From contig OZ361256.1 in NCBI GenBank assembly GCA_977018835.1, forward strand, positions 2,914,001 to 2,978,000: a stretch of 64,000 bases of DNA, written 5' to 3'. Below the pieces are notes generated by a model that had not been told where the DNA came from, made no database searches, and was given only the letters and a program-made list of their open reading frames with translations. A program made the translations under genes and the position numbers. Within the stretch, counting starts at the first letter, position 1, and every line of letters starts with the position of its first letter. Shown here one piece after another: positions 1 through 11,488 of the stretch. Source of the stretch: Minutocellus sp. GHC0000111. Its lineage: Eukaryota.

Positions 1-1
1 C

Positions 2-241
2 GGTCTGCCCAAGTGCGTGCACGAGGGACGTGAGGAGTACGATATGCGCAAGTCGATGCGGGCCGTGGAGAAGGAGATTCAAAAGGTCGATGGCTTCTCC
101 ATGCTCTATGCCGATATTTACATGAACAAGCAGGAGTTTGAAACCATGTTCGATCATGTGGACTACCGCAAGCTTCGGAGTAAGTACGGAGCAGAGGGTT
201 CCTTCAAGGAAGTTTTCGACAAGATGAACAGCCGATTTTAG
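2..241 (+). CDS. DHCR24: Delta(24)-sterol reductase, C-terminal fragment (gene starts before the window)
   Basis: MRAVEKEIQKVDGFSMLYADIYMNKQEFETMFD...YGAEGSFKEVFDK matches the DHCR24/DIMINUTO C-terminus (xGFQMLYADxYMxREEFxxMFD...AFPEVYDK). Confidence 0.88.
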   Translation, partial: GLPKCVHEGREEYDMRKSMRAVEKEIQKVDGFSMLYADIYMNKQEFETMFDHVDYRKLRSKYGAEGSFKEVFDKMNSRF

Positions 242-739
242 GATGTGGTGGAGAAGTTGCATTAGTAAAGAGGGCCAACGAAAGGTCACGAACAACGACA
301 ATCTGATTGGTCTGATGTAGAATATTATAATATACACCCACGGCAATAGCTGGAGATCGGAAGAAGAAGGAGCACTTTGATAAAGGACAAGGAGTATGCG
401 TCAATATTTCCGATTTTGTAACCATCCATTGATTTTGCGCCTAGAAGATGTGGAGCAATAATGCCTTAAATATATGAGCTTCAACGATAAAGATGTAGAT
501 CTACTTTAGGTACCGGTATATCCACACAATTAGCCAGTCAATGTGGGAAGCAACTCAATGACGAAGTGCGCCGCCATCCGTTTTCCCAACAAGAGGCATG
601 GCTGGATGGGCAATTGAAGATTGAAATGACGAAATCCGGAGAAAAACACCCCATTATTTCCAAAACTTCCCGCTTCTGCAGACCAAAATTCTCGGCACAT
701 CGATTTGACTGTTTGGATACACGAGTGAAGCAAGCAACG

Positions 740-3700
740 ATGAGTTCGAGTGACGAGGACGACGCCTGGCTTCCTCTTGGTACCTCCTCCTACACTTCAG
801 GGGATAACGAGGGAACTGGACATGATGTGTTCTCGGCCGGAAGCCTCCGCTCGGTGGTCGTCGTGTCGTCACAAAATCGAGACATGGACGCAGCCGGAGC
901 GGATGATGACGAGGATGAGCACGACGACGTGGAAGTCATCAGCAGGCCACCATCGTCGTCCGCCAGCACCAGCATGAGGTCCATTCAACAACGATTGGAA
1001 ACGCGCCAATCTCTGAAAGCCAATCTTGTCGATCAACCGTTCAACCATTTCTTTGTCAAATTTATCCAACATTTGGCACGCCAATTATGGTCGCAGGACT
1101 ACTACCTTCGCTGTGGTCTGGCCCTGCTGGCCATTGGTCTCACCATGCAATGCCTTACGTTTGTGCTGATGGGCAACGACATCGTCCGGGGTTTGTTTCG
1201 GTACCTCATCTTGATAGTTATCGGCATCGGCTCGTACTTGTACGTTTACCGGCCAGACGAAACCATACTGGCCATTGCACGGTTCGTATCGACGTCCAAA
1301 GCATCGGAAACCTTCTACCACATGTTGGAGGGATTGGATCCAACACAGCTTCGACGTTTGTGCTTTGTGGCTTTGCTACTACCCACATTTCTCGAGATGA
1401 AGGCCATCACGTTCCTCGCCTGCGTCATCGTCGAAAGTGGTTGGATAATTAATGTCGTGGTGGCTGTTGCATCGTTTGCGTATTTGCAGCACGTTCGAAC
1501 GACCGAGAGATTGACTCCACGGGAGTGCTCCCTTCGAGGATTGATCTTTCTCAAATCATCGGCCCTGCTGTTGACAATCCTCTACACACGAGACCTACGT
1601 CGCATCAACACCCTGGCTGGGCCATTTGTAATTGCTGCGGGATCAATGCTCATTTCGAATCATCCGGCTCTTGCGGGAGATGAATTCGATTGGCTCAGCC
1701 GAGCTGTGCGTCACGCTCTTCGGCTTACTCTGCGAGATGTGCTTGCGGATGTTGGGCAGAATGTAGGAGAAAACGAAATGCTAAAGATTGCAATGCTGCG
1801 ATGGGCAGTAGATTATTGGAATAGAGATGAGGATGGTACCGGTAGTGCACCTCCTCACACGAATGCTACTGGTGGACCTGCAGGAGCTACTAATCACAGC
1901 ACCGAGCAACAAGAGGAACCAGAAGGGCAAGAAGTAGTATTGGCCACATCTACGCCTGTGATTGATCTATATACCGAGCAGAATAATTCAGGCATTGAAA
2001 GCTCTAGCACAACTCAGCCTCAGCCTCATCTTACCGATAACCCTGAGCCTCAACCAGACCAGACTACCGGTAATGCACCAGCGCAGTCGCCAAATGTTGA
2101 CAGCGACATTGGGTGGGACGAGCTCTGGACTATGCTCAGTATGACGACCGATCAAATGTTTGGGGAGGTACCAGCTTGGTCAACCCAATCGGGTGATGGT
2201 GGTAGTGGACCGGTTCATCACGATGGCCAGAACAATTCAGTACGGAACTTGAAGGAAATGTTGGAATCTCTCGATGTCGACGGACGAGCTAAACCGGCTG
2301 TGCAGTCGTACAAAGCTACTGTTGAAGAGATCCCACCGTCACGAAAGATGGCCATCGCCCTTTCGATTGCTCGAAGATGCCCAGCTTTGCTTGCTCTACT
2401 CTCCTGGTATTGCACAGGCTCGTATGATTCCATCTGCGCTACTCTTACATTGCTGCCCTGTATTTGGATGGAAATTGAACGCCTGAAATTATGGTCTCAA
2501 TCATGTCATCGGGCTACCAGTGCCAAAGATGGTGGTGCGCCAGAGTCACCCGAAGGCTGGATTCCACAGGAGATTGAGCCCATGACCATCTTGCTGAGCC
2601 CTGATTCCTATTCACCGTACCGCCCTACATCGTCCCTCCAAGTGTGGGCCAACGTCAAGGCCTCCGTCGGTGCCCTGGAAACGGGCCTCACAGCGGTACG
2701 AGCTGCCCACACAACCGCGGCTGCGACGGAGCTTACATTTGATGTCGTTAATTTGGCACAGTTTGGCGCTGAGATTTACAAAAAGGGATGGCTAGCAGGT
2801 GGTGCGATGATTGTCAAAGATGTATGTCACTTTCTTGCTACGGATAGTGGAAAAAGCCAATCCGCAGCGACAAGAAATATATCTTCCATTAGTCATGGAC
2901 ACGGTCGCCATACAGCATCAGCACTTAATGCCATGAAGAATAGTCAAGTTGTTGCTAGGAATGTGTCTGCATTGATGGAAGAGGAGGGAGGCAAGCAGGT
3001 CATTGAGAATGTAGTCGGCACAGTGACACCAGCTGTCGATGCACTTACCTTTGTTGCGGGTAGAGGCTGGCTTTGGGGCAAGAAAGAAGAAGGGAAGCCG
3101 ACGGGTCAAAAGGAAGATAAAACGGAAGGGACCCCTAATATGAGCGCTGGAGCTGTGCAAACTCAAGATGACGCAGGCGAGGACACGACCAAGGATGGCA
3201 AATCAGAGGGCAACATGGAGAGGAATGATGATGAGACAAAGATACATTTATCAAATTATTTGCCATTGACAGAGATTGATGCCGGCGTCGTAGCCCCATC
3301 CAATGAAGCATCCATCGCGGAATCTGACGGATTATCAGCCAAAGACGATACTACAGCAGAAGCAATGCAACTGATGGCCGATACACTAGAGAAGAATCTA
3401 ATCACAGAGGAGGAAAAGGATCGGTTCGTGGAGACAATCCTTGGTAATAAGTCTACTATCGATGGAATCAAGAGAAGTTTAAAGTGCTTAATCGAGGAGA
3501 GCACCGTCCCTACGCCTTCACAGCCACCGAATGACACCGAAAAATACTCTTCATTGGGATCTGCGAAGGATGAAAAGAATGAGGAGCCCCAACCACCAGA
3601 GAACATACCAGAAGAACAACAGGAAGAGGACGGGCATAATATTGTTGTTGAGGGGGAAGCCGAAGAAGATGATTCCTCTCAAGCAGCCACAGACTCTGAC

Positions 3701-4306
3701 GGCGCCTTGGCATCTGTACCTCTTGAGGCGTCGGGCATGACAAATGATTCCTGGGAGCCTGCAAATGATCTTGGATCATCTACGGATGACCCGAATGTTT
3801 CAATATCAGCACATTCACAGTCTACCCTTCCCAGATCGAATGCTGAGAAGATCGATGGTGGTACTACATCTTCTGGTGAGCAAGTGCGGACTGTTGACTT
3901 TGAAGGCGATGCCTTTGACGCCGACGGAGAAGAAGCCAGCCGCAAACACGATAGTAGTGAAGACGAAGGAAGCTGGACACAGATCGATGCCGATGGAGTA
4001 CCGGCAGAGAGACAGGGAGACGCCACATCACAGCTCGGTCCATTTGATAACGAACAGTCCCTCCGAAGCAGAACTGCAGGTGCAACCAGTACGACCTCAC
4101 AGCAACGACAGGGAGGACAAGGTGAGGACTGGATGAGATGGGTCGGCGGTGGACTTGCTGTTGCTGGAGCTGTGATTGGTGGTATAGCTCTTGCCAATCA
4201 AAATAATAACAACAGCGATAGAGGACAGGACCATAGTAGGAATGCTGCCGCAAATGAGAAATCGAATGTGACGATTGAGCTGTTGGATAGCGACGATGAA
4301 AGGTGA
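740..4306 (+). CDS. Large uncharacterised multi-pass membrane protein with an acidic disordered C-terminal half and a C-terminal hydrophobic helix
   Basis: Uninterrupted 3.5-kb ORF with probable ATG at 740 (MSSSDEDD). Several hydrophobic segments in the N-terminal third and WVGGGLAVAGAVIGGIALA near the end. Confidence 0.75.
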   Translation: MSSSDEDDAWLPLGTSSYTSGDNEGTGHDVFSAGSLRSVVVVSSQNRDMDAAGADDDEDEHDDVEVISRPPSSSASTSMRSIQQRLETRQSLKANLVDQPFNHFFVKFIQHLARQLWSQDYYLRCGLALLAIGLTMQCLTFVLMGNDIVRGLFRYLILIVIGIGSYLYVYRPDETILAIARFVSTSKASETFYHMLEGLDPTQLRRLCFVALLLPTFLEMKAITFLACVIVESGWIINVVVAVASFAYLQHVRTTERLTPRECSLRGLIFLKSSALLLTILYTRDLRRINTLAGPFVIAAGSMLISNHPALAGDEFDWLSRAVRHALRLTLRDVLADVGQNVGENEMLKIAMLRWAVDYWNRDEDGTGSAPPHTNATGGPAGATNHSTEQQEEPEGQEVVLATSTPVIDLYTEQNNSGIESSSTTQPQPHLTDNPEPQPDQTTGNAPAQSPNVDSDIGWDELWTMLSMTTDQMFGEVPAWSTQSGDGGSGPVHHDGQNNSVRNLKEMLESLDVDGRAKPAVQSYKATVEEIPPSRKMAIALSIARRCPALLALLSWYCTGSYDSICATLTLLPCIWMEIERLKLWSQSCHRATSAKDGGAPESPEGWIPQEIEPMTILLSPDSYSPYRPTSSLQVWANVKASVGALETGLTAVRAAHTTAAATELTFDVVNLAQFGAEIYKKGWLAGGAMIVKDVCHFLATDSGKSQSAATRNISSISHGHGRHTASALNAMKNSQVVARNVSALMEEEGGKQVIENVVGTVTPAVDALTFVAGRGWLWGKKEEGKPTGQKEDKTEGTPNMSAGAVQTQDDAGEDTTKDGKSEGNMERNDDETKIHLSNYLPLTEIDAGVVAPSNEASIAESDGLSAKDDTTAEAMQLMADTLEKNLITEEEKDRFVETILGNKSTIDGIKRSLKCLIEESTVPTPSQPPNDTEKYSSLGSAKDEKNEEPQPPENIPEEQQEEDGHNIVVEGEAEEDDSSQAATDSDGALASVPLEASGMTNDSWEPANDLGSSTDDPNVSISAHSQSTLPRSNAEKIDGGTTSSGEQVRTVDFEGDAFDADGEEASRKHDSSEDEGSWTQIDADGVPAERQGDATSQLGPFDNEQSLRSRTAGATSTTSQQRQGGQGEDWMRWVGGGLAVAGAVIGGIALANQNNNNSDRGQDHSRNAAANEKSNVTIELLDSDDER

Positions 4307-4384
4307 GGGGAATCAATCACCATTTCATCAAGTATATAGAGAGAACCTTAGAATACATTACTACAATCCCATCCAATATTCTAG

Positions 4385-5614
4385 CTAGAATGCTCGATAG
4401 GCCTTCTCCTCCTTGAGCTTCTTAACCTTGGCAAGATCGGCCTCGAAACGCTCTCGTAGCTCTTGAAGTCCCTTCCTTCGCGTTTCCTTGGTCTGGAATC
4501 GATAAAAGTCCGTAAGTTCGGATGATCCTCGTGCCTCCTTCTTTTTGCGCTTCCGCTTGCTACCCTTTCGGCGTCCCTCGCCAGCACCATCACCGCCACC
4601 GATGACATCCTCTTCCAGGTCAACACCGACTGCCGGGGCCTTGGAAGACACCACGGTCACGAATCCATCATCATCGGGCATTTGCGCAGCTGCCCTAGCC
4701 CGTGCCGCGGCCTCTTCCTCAGCCTCTTCGTATTGCTCCATGATGGCGTTACATGCTTCCATTAGGAATCGCCGCTTTACATACAATGTCCGTTGTCGCT
4801 CAGCGAGAGCATGTATACCCGTTTTAACCTTCCTCTTCTTTTTCTTGCGGTCACCAGTATCATCATCCTGGTCATCATCCTGGTCATCATCATCATCACT
4901 ATCAGAGTCACTATCATCCTGCTTTGCTGGATGCATGGGAATGCCATATTTGGCAGCCTCCTCCCTTTTGAGTAATTTGCTGGATGTGTCGACCAATTCC
5001 CGAACCTCCAACGCTCCTAACATTACGGCTGGGGGCAATCCATCCTTCTCGCTGGGACCACTTGCCATGAGCTTCCCCAGCGCCTTGAGGGCAAGCCGCA
5101 GATCCTTACTGGAGGCAAAGACAACATGTGCAAAGCTCCCTTCGTCGTTGCGATCAACAAAGTTGATGCGTTGAGGATCACTGAACAATTCCACCTGATC
5201 ATCAAACAGCTTGGCGGCAGCATCACTGCTCGGTGGTTGGGAGCTCACTTTTGACCTATTGCCAGCGGCGGGTGTTGTTGCATCATTATCATCGCCTTCG
5301 TCATCTTTACCCGCCGCGGCACTGGCAGCCGCCACGTCTCTAGGATCGCGCACCACCGTCACCCTCTCCACATCTCCGTACCGTGCAAATATCGATTTCA
5401 GGAGGAGGCTCGTACGGACTTTGGGCACGAACGGACAGTTGACAACGAAGAGCGTGGAGGATTTGCCACTCGCGCCAGTGGATCGATGTTCCTTGACGAA
5501 GCAGAACGTTTCAGTACGATCGAGGTTGTGGCGAGATGTGCGAAACTTGTATGCCGCCGACGGGGGCAGACCTATCCGGATGGGGAGATAGCCCTTGAGC
5601 TTGGGAGCGCTCAT
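4385..5614 (-). CDS. RRP7: Ribosomal RNA-processing protein 7
   Basis: RRM-like STLFVVNCP...FARYGDVERV, then PDDDGFVTV and the signature DFYRFQ...LQELRERFEADLAKVKKLKEEKAYRAF. ATG at 5614. Confidence 0.92.
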   Translation of the reverse strand: MSAPKLKGYLPIRIGLPPSAAYKFRTSRHNLDRTETFCFVKEHRSTGASGKSSTLFVVNCPFVPKVRTSLLLKSIFARYGDVERVTVVRDPRDVAAASAAAGKDDEGDDNDATTPAAGNRSKVSSQPPSSDAAAKLFDDQVELFSDPQRINFVDRNDEGSFAHVVFASSKDLRLALKALGKLMASGPSEKDGLPPAVMLGALEVRELVDTSSKLLKREEAAKYGIPMHPAKQDDSDSDSDDDDDQDDDQDDDTGDRKKKKRKVKTGIHALAERQRTLYVKRRFLMEACNAIMEQYEEAEEEAAARARAAAQMPDDDGFVTVVSSKAPAVGVDLEEDVIGGGDGAGEGRRKGSKRKRKKKEARGSSELTDFYRFQTKETRRKGLQELRERFEADLAKVKKLKEEKAYRAF

Positions 5615-5786
5615 GGTTGGTTGAGTTTTGGTATGCCGGTTGCGCTGCTGCCTGCCTGCCATCGCCAGCAAGTCTGCCAGATTGATGGATCGGGTAACTT
5701 TGCTCTTTCCGTCGTCGGTATCTCGCACGCCCCCCCCGTTACCCGTTACCCCGTGCTCGCGCTCGCCACAATACAAGCAAACTTGC
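5615..5786. promoter_or_regulatory. Probable 172-bp bidirectional promoter between divergent RRP7 and the SpoU methyltransferase
   Basis: Head-to-head ATGs at 5614(-) and 5787(+). Inferred from geometry only. Confidence 0.5.
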
Positions 5787-7019
5787 ATGAAGGACCAACA
5801 ACGACGACCCCCTGCTCCTGCTGCTGCTACCGACGGCAAGGCAATAAATGCCGAGAAGCGTCGGAAATATGAGCTAAAGCAAAAGAAAAAGCAAGAAATG
5901 GTCGAGCGGGAAAGCAAGCGATCGCAGTGGACCGCAGCGAACGCCCACTTCGCACGTGTTGTCTGTGCAAATGACGTCGAGAATCTCCGTCGTGAACGTG
6001 ACAAGGATCAAGCTGTGGCTGACCAAAAGAGGAAAGCAAGAGAGGCAGACGAATCGTCGCCGATAGATGAGACCAAATTGGCTGAGCTGATTGCACCGTA
6101 TTTGGATCTCAAGGAAGGCAATAGTAGCAACGGGCACTTGTTTGTTGCAGAGGGCACAGAGACAGTGAGGTTGCTGATCCAACAATCGACGAAGGAAGCA
6201 TGCCAATGCTCTGGCGATTGTGGAGAAAGGAAACCGATTCAAATTCTCAGCGTTCTGGTTAGACCGTCATCGTTCTTTGAGGAGCCTGTCAAATTGATCT
6301 CAGATGTCTCACATAGCAAAACGAAAGCTGAACAATCGCAATCGCTATCGCAATCTCCTCCCTTTCATGTGGAGGACGTACAGAGTCGCATCGCAGGATT
6401 TCATATTGCTAGAGGTGCCCTAGCGTGCGGTGTGATCCCAAAGTATGACGAGAAATGGCTAGATGCTTTTCTAGCGAACAAAACCAAACCAAAGATTGAT
6501 GAGGGGAAGAATGAATCGTCTCATTCGTCAATAGGGTTGCGTGTACTGGCATTCGATGGAATTTCCGATACGGCGAACATGGGAGCAATGATCCGATGCT
6601 GTGCTGCCTTTGGAATTGAACTGATTCTTCTCAGCAATGATTGTTGCGATCCCTGGTATCGTCGTAGCATACGAACTAGTATGGGTCATGTTGCTTCAAT
6701 TCCAATCGTTCGATGTGAAAACTTGTCCTCAACATTGTCACGAATGGAGAAACATAATGACATATCCAGCTTTGCCGCTGTCATTGACTTGGATTCCGAA
6801 TTGGTATTGGAAAGAATGGAGTTTGGAGAGGTACCGCCAAGATGGTGCTGTGTCATGGGAAATGAAGGAAATGGGATTAGCAAGCAGGTTGTAGCAGCAT
6901 GTACGAGTCGGCTGCGTATCGGTATGTCGGCAGGCGTAGACAGTCTTTCTGTCCCTGTTGCCACGGGGATTCTGCTTCACGGTTTGGCAGAGAGAGAACG
7001 CAAGCAGGAAATTCGATAA
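5787..7019 (+). CDS. SpoU/TrmH-family (SPOUT) RNA 2'-O-methyltransferase
   Basis: FVAEG; DGISDTANMGAMIRCCAAFG; DPWYRRSIRTSMG; VMGNEGNGIS; IGMSAGVDSLSVPVATGILLH. Confidence 0.9.
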   Translation: MKDQQRRPPAPAAATDGKAINAEKRRKYELKQKKKQEMVERESKRSQWTAANAHFARVVCANDVENLRRERDKDQAVADQKRKAREADESSPIDETKLAELIAPYLDLKEGNSSNGHLFVAEGTETVRLLIQQSTKEACQCSGDCGERKPIQILSVLVRPSSFFEEPVKLISDVSHSKTKAEQSQSLSQSPPFHVEDVQSRIAGFHIARGALACGVIPKYDEKWLDAFLANKTKPKIDEGKNESSHSSIGLRVLAFDGISDTANMGAMIRCCAAFGIELILLSNDCCDPWYRRSIRTSMGHVASIPIVRCENLSSTLSRMEKHNDISSFAAVIDLDSELVLERMEFGEVPPRWCCVMGNEGNGISKQVVAACTSRLRIGMSAGVDSLSVPVATGILLHGLAERERKQEIR

Positions 7020-7206
7020 CTACATCTTATGCCACTCTGCAATCTACTATCTGTTTCTTACTACCACGTAGCTAGCTACGTATATAGAGGTAATAAAACA
7101 TCAAAAACTTTTGTTCAACATATGTTTACTGTATAAAATCAAATATTCATTCGCTCTTTCTATCACGCGTTGCTTTCTATTCATCCCTTCACAGGAAATA
7201 CGAGAC

Positions 7207-9685
7207 TTAGAATTGGGGAGGGGGAGCGCCATATCCCTGCTGTGGCTGCTGCATTGGAGGCGGCGCACCATATCCCTGCTGAGGCTGCTGCATCGGGGGT
7301 GGGGCACCATATCCCTGCTGCTGCATCATGGGCTGCTGCTGCATCGGGGGCGGGGCACCATATCCCTGCTGCTGCATCATGGGCTGCTGTTGCATTGGAG
7401 GGGGCGCACCATACTGATTTCCCCCCATTGCAGGAGGCGGTCCGCCCATGGAACCCATCTGGCCACCTGGCATGCCGCCACCCATCTGACTGCCCCACTG
7501 GTTCGACTGATTCTGCGAAACCACCATGGCACCCGGCGGAGGAGCGTTCATAACACTCTGCTTGGGAGGAGCTGGAGCTGAAGTCTTCATCTCACCAAGG
7601 GTCTGATTCTGCTGAGGAGCAGGAGCTGGCGCACCGAAAGGATTCTTGCTATCCAAACCAAAGTCTCCAATATTTGCGATATTCTGATAGGCCTGGTCCG
7701 CATTAGATGCCGCTGTTGCCGGTGCGGGAGCAAACATGCTGAGCTGTCCAGGAGGTGCTTGCTGCTGGGGCTCGGGCTGAGCGACAACAGGAGGGGCAGG
7801 GGCAGGCATAGGAGCAGGTGGTGCCGGCTGCTGCTGGGCGTAAGCCGGAGGAGCTGGAGCCGCAGGCTGAGGCGAAGCAAAACCAAAACCATCGGGAGCC
7901 GCGGGGGCAGGGACTGGCTGAGCAGGAGGAGGGGAAGCAAAACCCATGGGCTGAGCAGGAGGAGGCGAGGCAAACGACCCAGGTGCCTGCTGGGCGGGGG
8001 TAGAGTCGAACTATTGGACAAGAGAGCACGGAAGAGATACAAGTGAGAGGGTTGTCCAAGTAATATATGATAAACGATGTGGTCTTGTGCCCAACAAGTT
8101 AAAAGAGAATGCTCAGAACTCACGCTTGCGTTAATGGTGCCCAAGGATGGCTGCGGAGCCATGGTAAAGCTACCGGGAGGCCCTCCAGCGGCAGGGGGAG
8201 GCGAAGCAAACTGAGAGGAGGCCGCTGGCGAGGGAGGGACGGCCACCATCTGCCCAGCAGGAGCAGCACCAGCAGGGGGAGCAGGATCGTCGAAGAAGTC
8301 CAAAAGCAAGTTCTCTTCCTTCGGTGCGGCGGGGGCTCCTGGCGCCGAGTTGTCCTGAAGAGATTGCTTGATGGCCTCCTGCAAATAGGCTTCTTCCTCA
8401 TTGGCATTGTGAGGCATCTCAATGGCGGCGATGTTCTGATCGCTGCTAGTACGCGGAGGGCCGTTGGTGTAGCGCTGCGAGGCGAGGGCGGCACTGGGTG
8501 GACCACCGCCGCCGCCGCCACCACGCAGACCGAGCCGGTACACCTTGGGAAAGGAGAAGAAGGACTTGCCGTCGACGTAGAAGTCGTACTGGCGGAATCC
8601 AGGGCCAGCGTTCATCGGTGGGGTGGCGTAGGCAATGACCTTGAGGACGTGGTTGCCCTTCATGGTCCAGCTGAATTCAAACACCTGCGATCGGCTGACG
8701 GAGAAGTGGACCTCCTGACCGTCAGCGAGGAGCAGCCGCTTCCCGGAGGTGATGGACCACACGAGAGTAATATCATGCTCCTCTCCACGACAAGCAGTGC
8801 CAGTTTCACCATTGGCCAGGGCATCTTGGTTCGTGAAGCCGAAGCGCCTGGAGAGATGAATTCAAATAAAACAACAACAAGAAGGAGCAAGGCGGACGAT
8901 GAGCATATGATATATCGGAAAGGGAAAAAGAGGAATTGATCCGGCAAGCGATTATCCGTATGAAAGACTACAAGGAGTGCCACTGAATCACCCGGGCCAC
9001 ACAATTGCTCATTAATCGGACAAAAACTGGAGCCAAAGATAAATGATGCCCGCTCCCGACTTCCGACCAGCCAAGACCGGCGGAAGATCCCGTTCCAAAA
9101 GCCGATCGAGACCGCCGGCACATCTCGGCATGGACCACGTAACCGCGATGGAATCGAAAGCAATGCACGCAAATGTCAATCAATAATTGATTTGCAGCGC
9201 ACATTCGACCCCGATCATCTTTCTCGAGGTACAATACGTCCGAACCAGAGAGGGTTTGTCCATCATCATGGTGTTGCGGGGCCAGGGGAGCAAATGAATC
9301 GTGGCCATAATCAAATGCCGCGAAATGCCGATGATCACCGATGTCACCCGACATCGAAAGATAATCAGCCCTCCCCTCCACATATATCTCGATAAATAGC
9401 ACCAACGCAACCTCCGGTAACGAACCGCCTCCCTTCGTCTCCGGCATCCTTCGTCGTCTTTGGTCGGGAGTCTGTTGCGTGCGAGGAATTTAGCTGCTGG
9501 AACCCTTACCATCGGACCCTCCGCTTGGTGCTGGCGATGCGCTTGCCGCTGGCGACCGCCGTGAAGTCGATCTGGTACACGGGGTAGGTACCGTCGGGGC
9601 GACCGTGGCCGGGGGGCGGAGGCGGCGGACCGCCGTTGTACCCAGTGCCCGGATGCGGGTTGCCGTAGTACCCTCCTTGGCTCAT
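7207..9685 (-). CDS. Three-exon gene: N-terminal beta-rich (FAIM-like) domain, UIM-like motif and Pro/Gln-rich adaptor-like tail
   Basis: join(9685..9510, 8847..8124, 8010..7207) = 1704 nt in frame with GT-AG introns. RVRW|RFGF...EHDITLVWSITSGKR; UIM-like EEEAYLQEAIKQSLQD; LLLDFFD and NPF motifs. Confidence 0.75.
7225..7415 (-). repeat. Coding tandem repeat (QQQGYGAPPPMQQ-type units, ~5 copies)
   Basis: Recurrent ccatatccctgctg/ggggcacc units inside the last exon. Confidence 0.85.
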
Positions 9686-10720
9686 CTTGCTTGCTTATTG
9701 TGCTTTCGTGTTGGATGTTGTGAACTGATTTCGAGGGGAACTCCAATAATTTTTAACCCTCTTATTCTACTTTTCACGAAAGCTAAAGAGTTACTCAACG
9801 AATTCAAAAGATCAAGCGATGCCCAGGGCGAAGGCCCAGACCGTTACGGTAATGCATGTAACTCGCTACTGAATCCCTCACTACAGTCTCAAATTCACAA
9901 TAGACTTCTTCATATACTCAAGTACCTTCAAATGAATTCGAGACAGTAGCCAGCACGTCAATGTCTTCCTACAGTGACGGAAATTTCGGCAAGTTACCGG
10001 CACCGGTAGGTCCTTGGAAAACAAAAAAAGGAAGCAATCAGAAAGGGCCACGAAAGAATACACGGAACTTGCCGTAGAATGTTTTACTACAGTTGAAAAT
10101 CCAGGACAAGGCTTCTAATATATTCAACTACAAATCTGTAAGTTTGCAACGGTAGAAAGATCCATCTATCTTCAGACCGATCACAAAACTGTTTTTTGGA
10201 GCAGGACGTTTGATCGTTTGATCACTTTCTTTTCATATTATAAAACTTGTAAACGGTGCAACGTGATAACTACACTGCACCGAAGGAGAACCAACTACGT
10301 AGATGCACCAAACAGTATCAGAAATGGTATTTGACATGGCTCCTAGATCTAGCTAGCTCGCTACAGCATGAACATATATTGGAGTTACAAATGTATTGCA
10401 GATGCGTAAATTTTGTTTCTTTTCAAAGTTAAAAATTTTAAGCGTACCGTATGCTACTGGTCATCATCAAAAGTTCTTACAGTTGGATGTGGCCCAAATA
10501 GCTATCTGGCTGTATTTTCTTGATATCAACAAATCCAATCATGCCGAATGCGATCATCTGCTTCATGCTGGAGTGATCGCATTCAAATGGCACGGTTGTG
10601 TCTCTACTAATGGTTCCTTTCGCTAGCGTGAGTTTGAACTTTTGTACTTTGAGACTCCCCGACCGAGGTGCGAGTGAGGCGGAAAGCGCCAACCATCTCC
10701 AACACCCGAGTGCAAGCTTT

Positions 10721-11179
10721 TTACTGGCCCAGCGATCTCCTGGCGTTCCAAACAGCCTCCTTCATCTCATATGCCTTCTGATGGAGGTCGGCAATTTCCG
10801 GATCCCGAAGGCCGAGCTCCGCGAGCTTTTCGGTGGTTGCCAAGGCCTGGTCCATCTTCCCATCGATTTTGGCAAGGAGGATGTTGAAACTGCTCATCAA
10901 GGCCTGTCCATCGGGAGACATGTTGACGGCACCCCCCCCTCCCTGCATCGGTCCGCCCCGGTGGCTATCAGCCGCCTCCAGCTCTTCGACGATGTCCCAT
11001 GCAACAGCGCATTCTTTTGATCCAGGGCCACTCTGAGCGCAGACGCGATTGGCCTCGGCAATCGCTTCCTCTACACGGTCATACAGGGAAAGATGCGTCG
11101 CCGGGCGATTTGAAGAAATTGTGGTGGGTGCAAAAGCAAATGCCGTTGAGGCGAGGAGGGGCAAGCAGGGTATCTTCAT
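10721..11179 (-). CDS. CP12: Plastid-targeted CP12-like protein
   Basis: Signal peptide + AFAFAP, then AIAEANRVC...KECAVAWDIVEELEAADSH (CP12 N-terminal Cys pair and AWDxVEEL core). Confidence 0.85.
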   Translation of the reverse strand: MKIPCLPLLASTAFAFAPTTISSNRPATHLSLYDRVEEAIAEANRVCAQSGPGSKECAVAWDIVEELEAADSHRGGPMQGGGGAVNMSPDGQALMSSFNILLAKIDGKMDQALATTEKLAELGLRDPEIADLHQKAYEMKEAVWNARRSLGQ

Positions 11180-11488
11180 CGTTGATGAGTCGCTGGACAA
11201 AAATGAGACCAGCAAACACGCACGAGACGAAGATCGCGGCTCAAGAAGGGGTTTCTTCGACGCAAACATGACGCATACACGTACGACGGCCAGATGAAAT
11301 TCACTCCGCGAGCACAGCGAGCGAGCGGCGGCGGCGTCCAGTCATCGTCAGTCCAACCACACCACACCAGTCCGTCCAAGGGCTCGTCCGTCCAGTCCGT
11401 CCACTCGTTCGAGGCCGAGAGTACTGAGTAGTGACCGACCCACAGGCATCTTGAGCAGCATGTGCTATCGCTCAACAATAACAACACA

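Noticed and set aside
8848..9509. ORFs inside the 662-bp first intron of the 7207-9685 gene
   Set aside because: No homology, TIRs or snoRNA boxes that I can support; it appears to be just a longer-than-usual intron.
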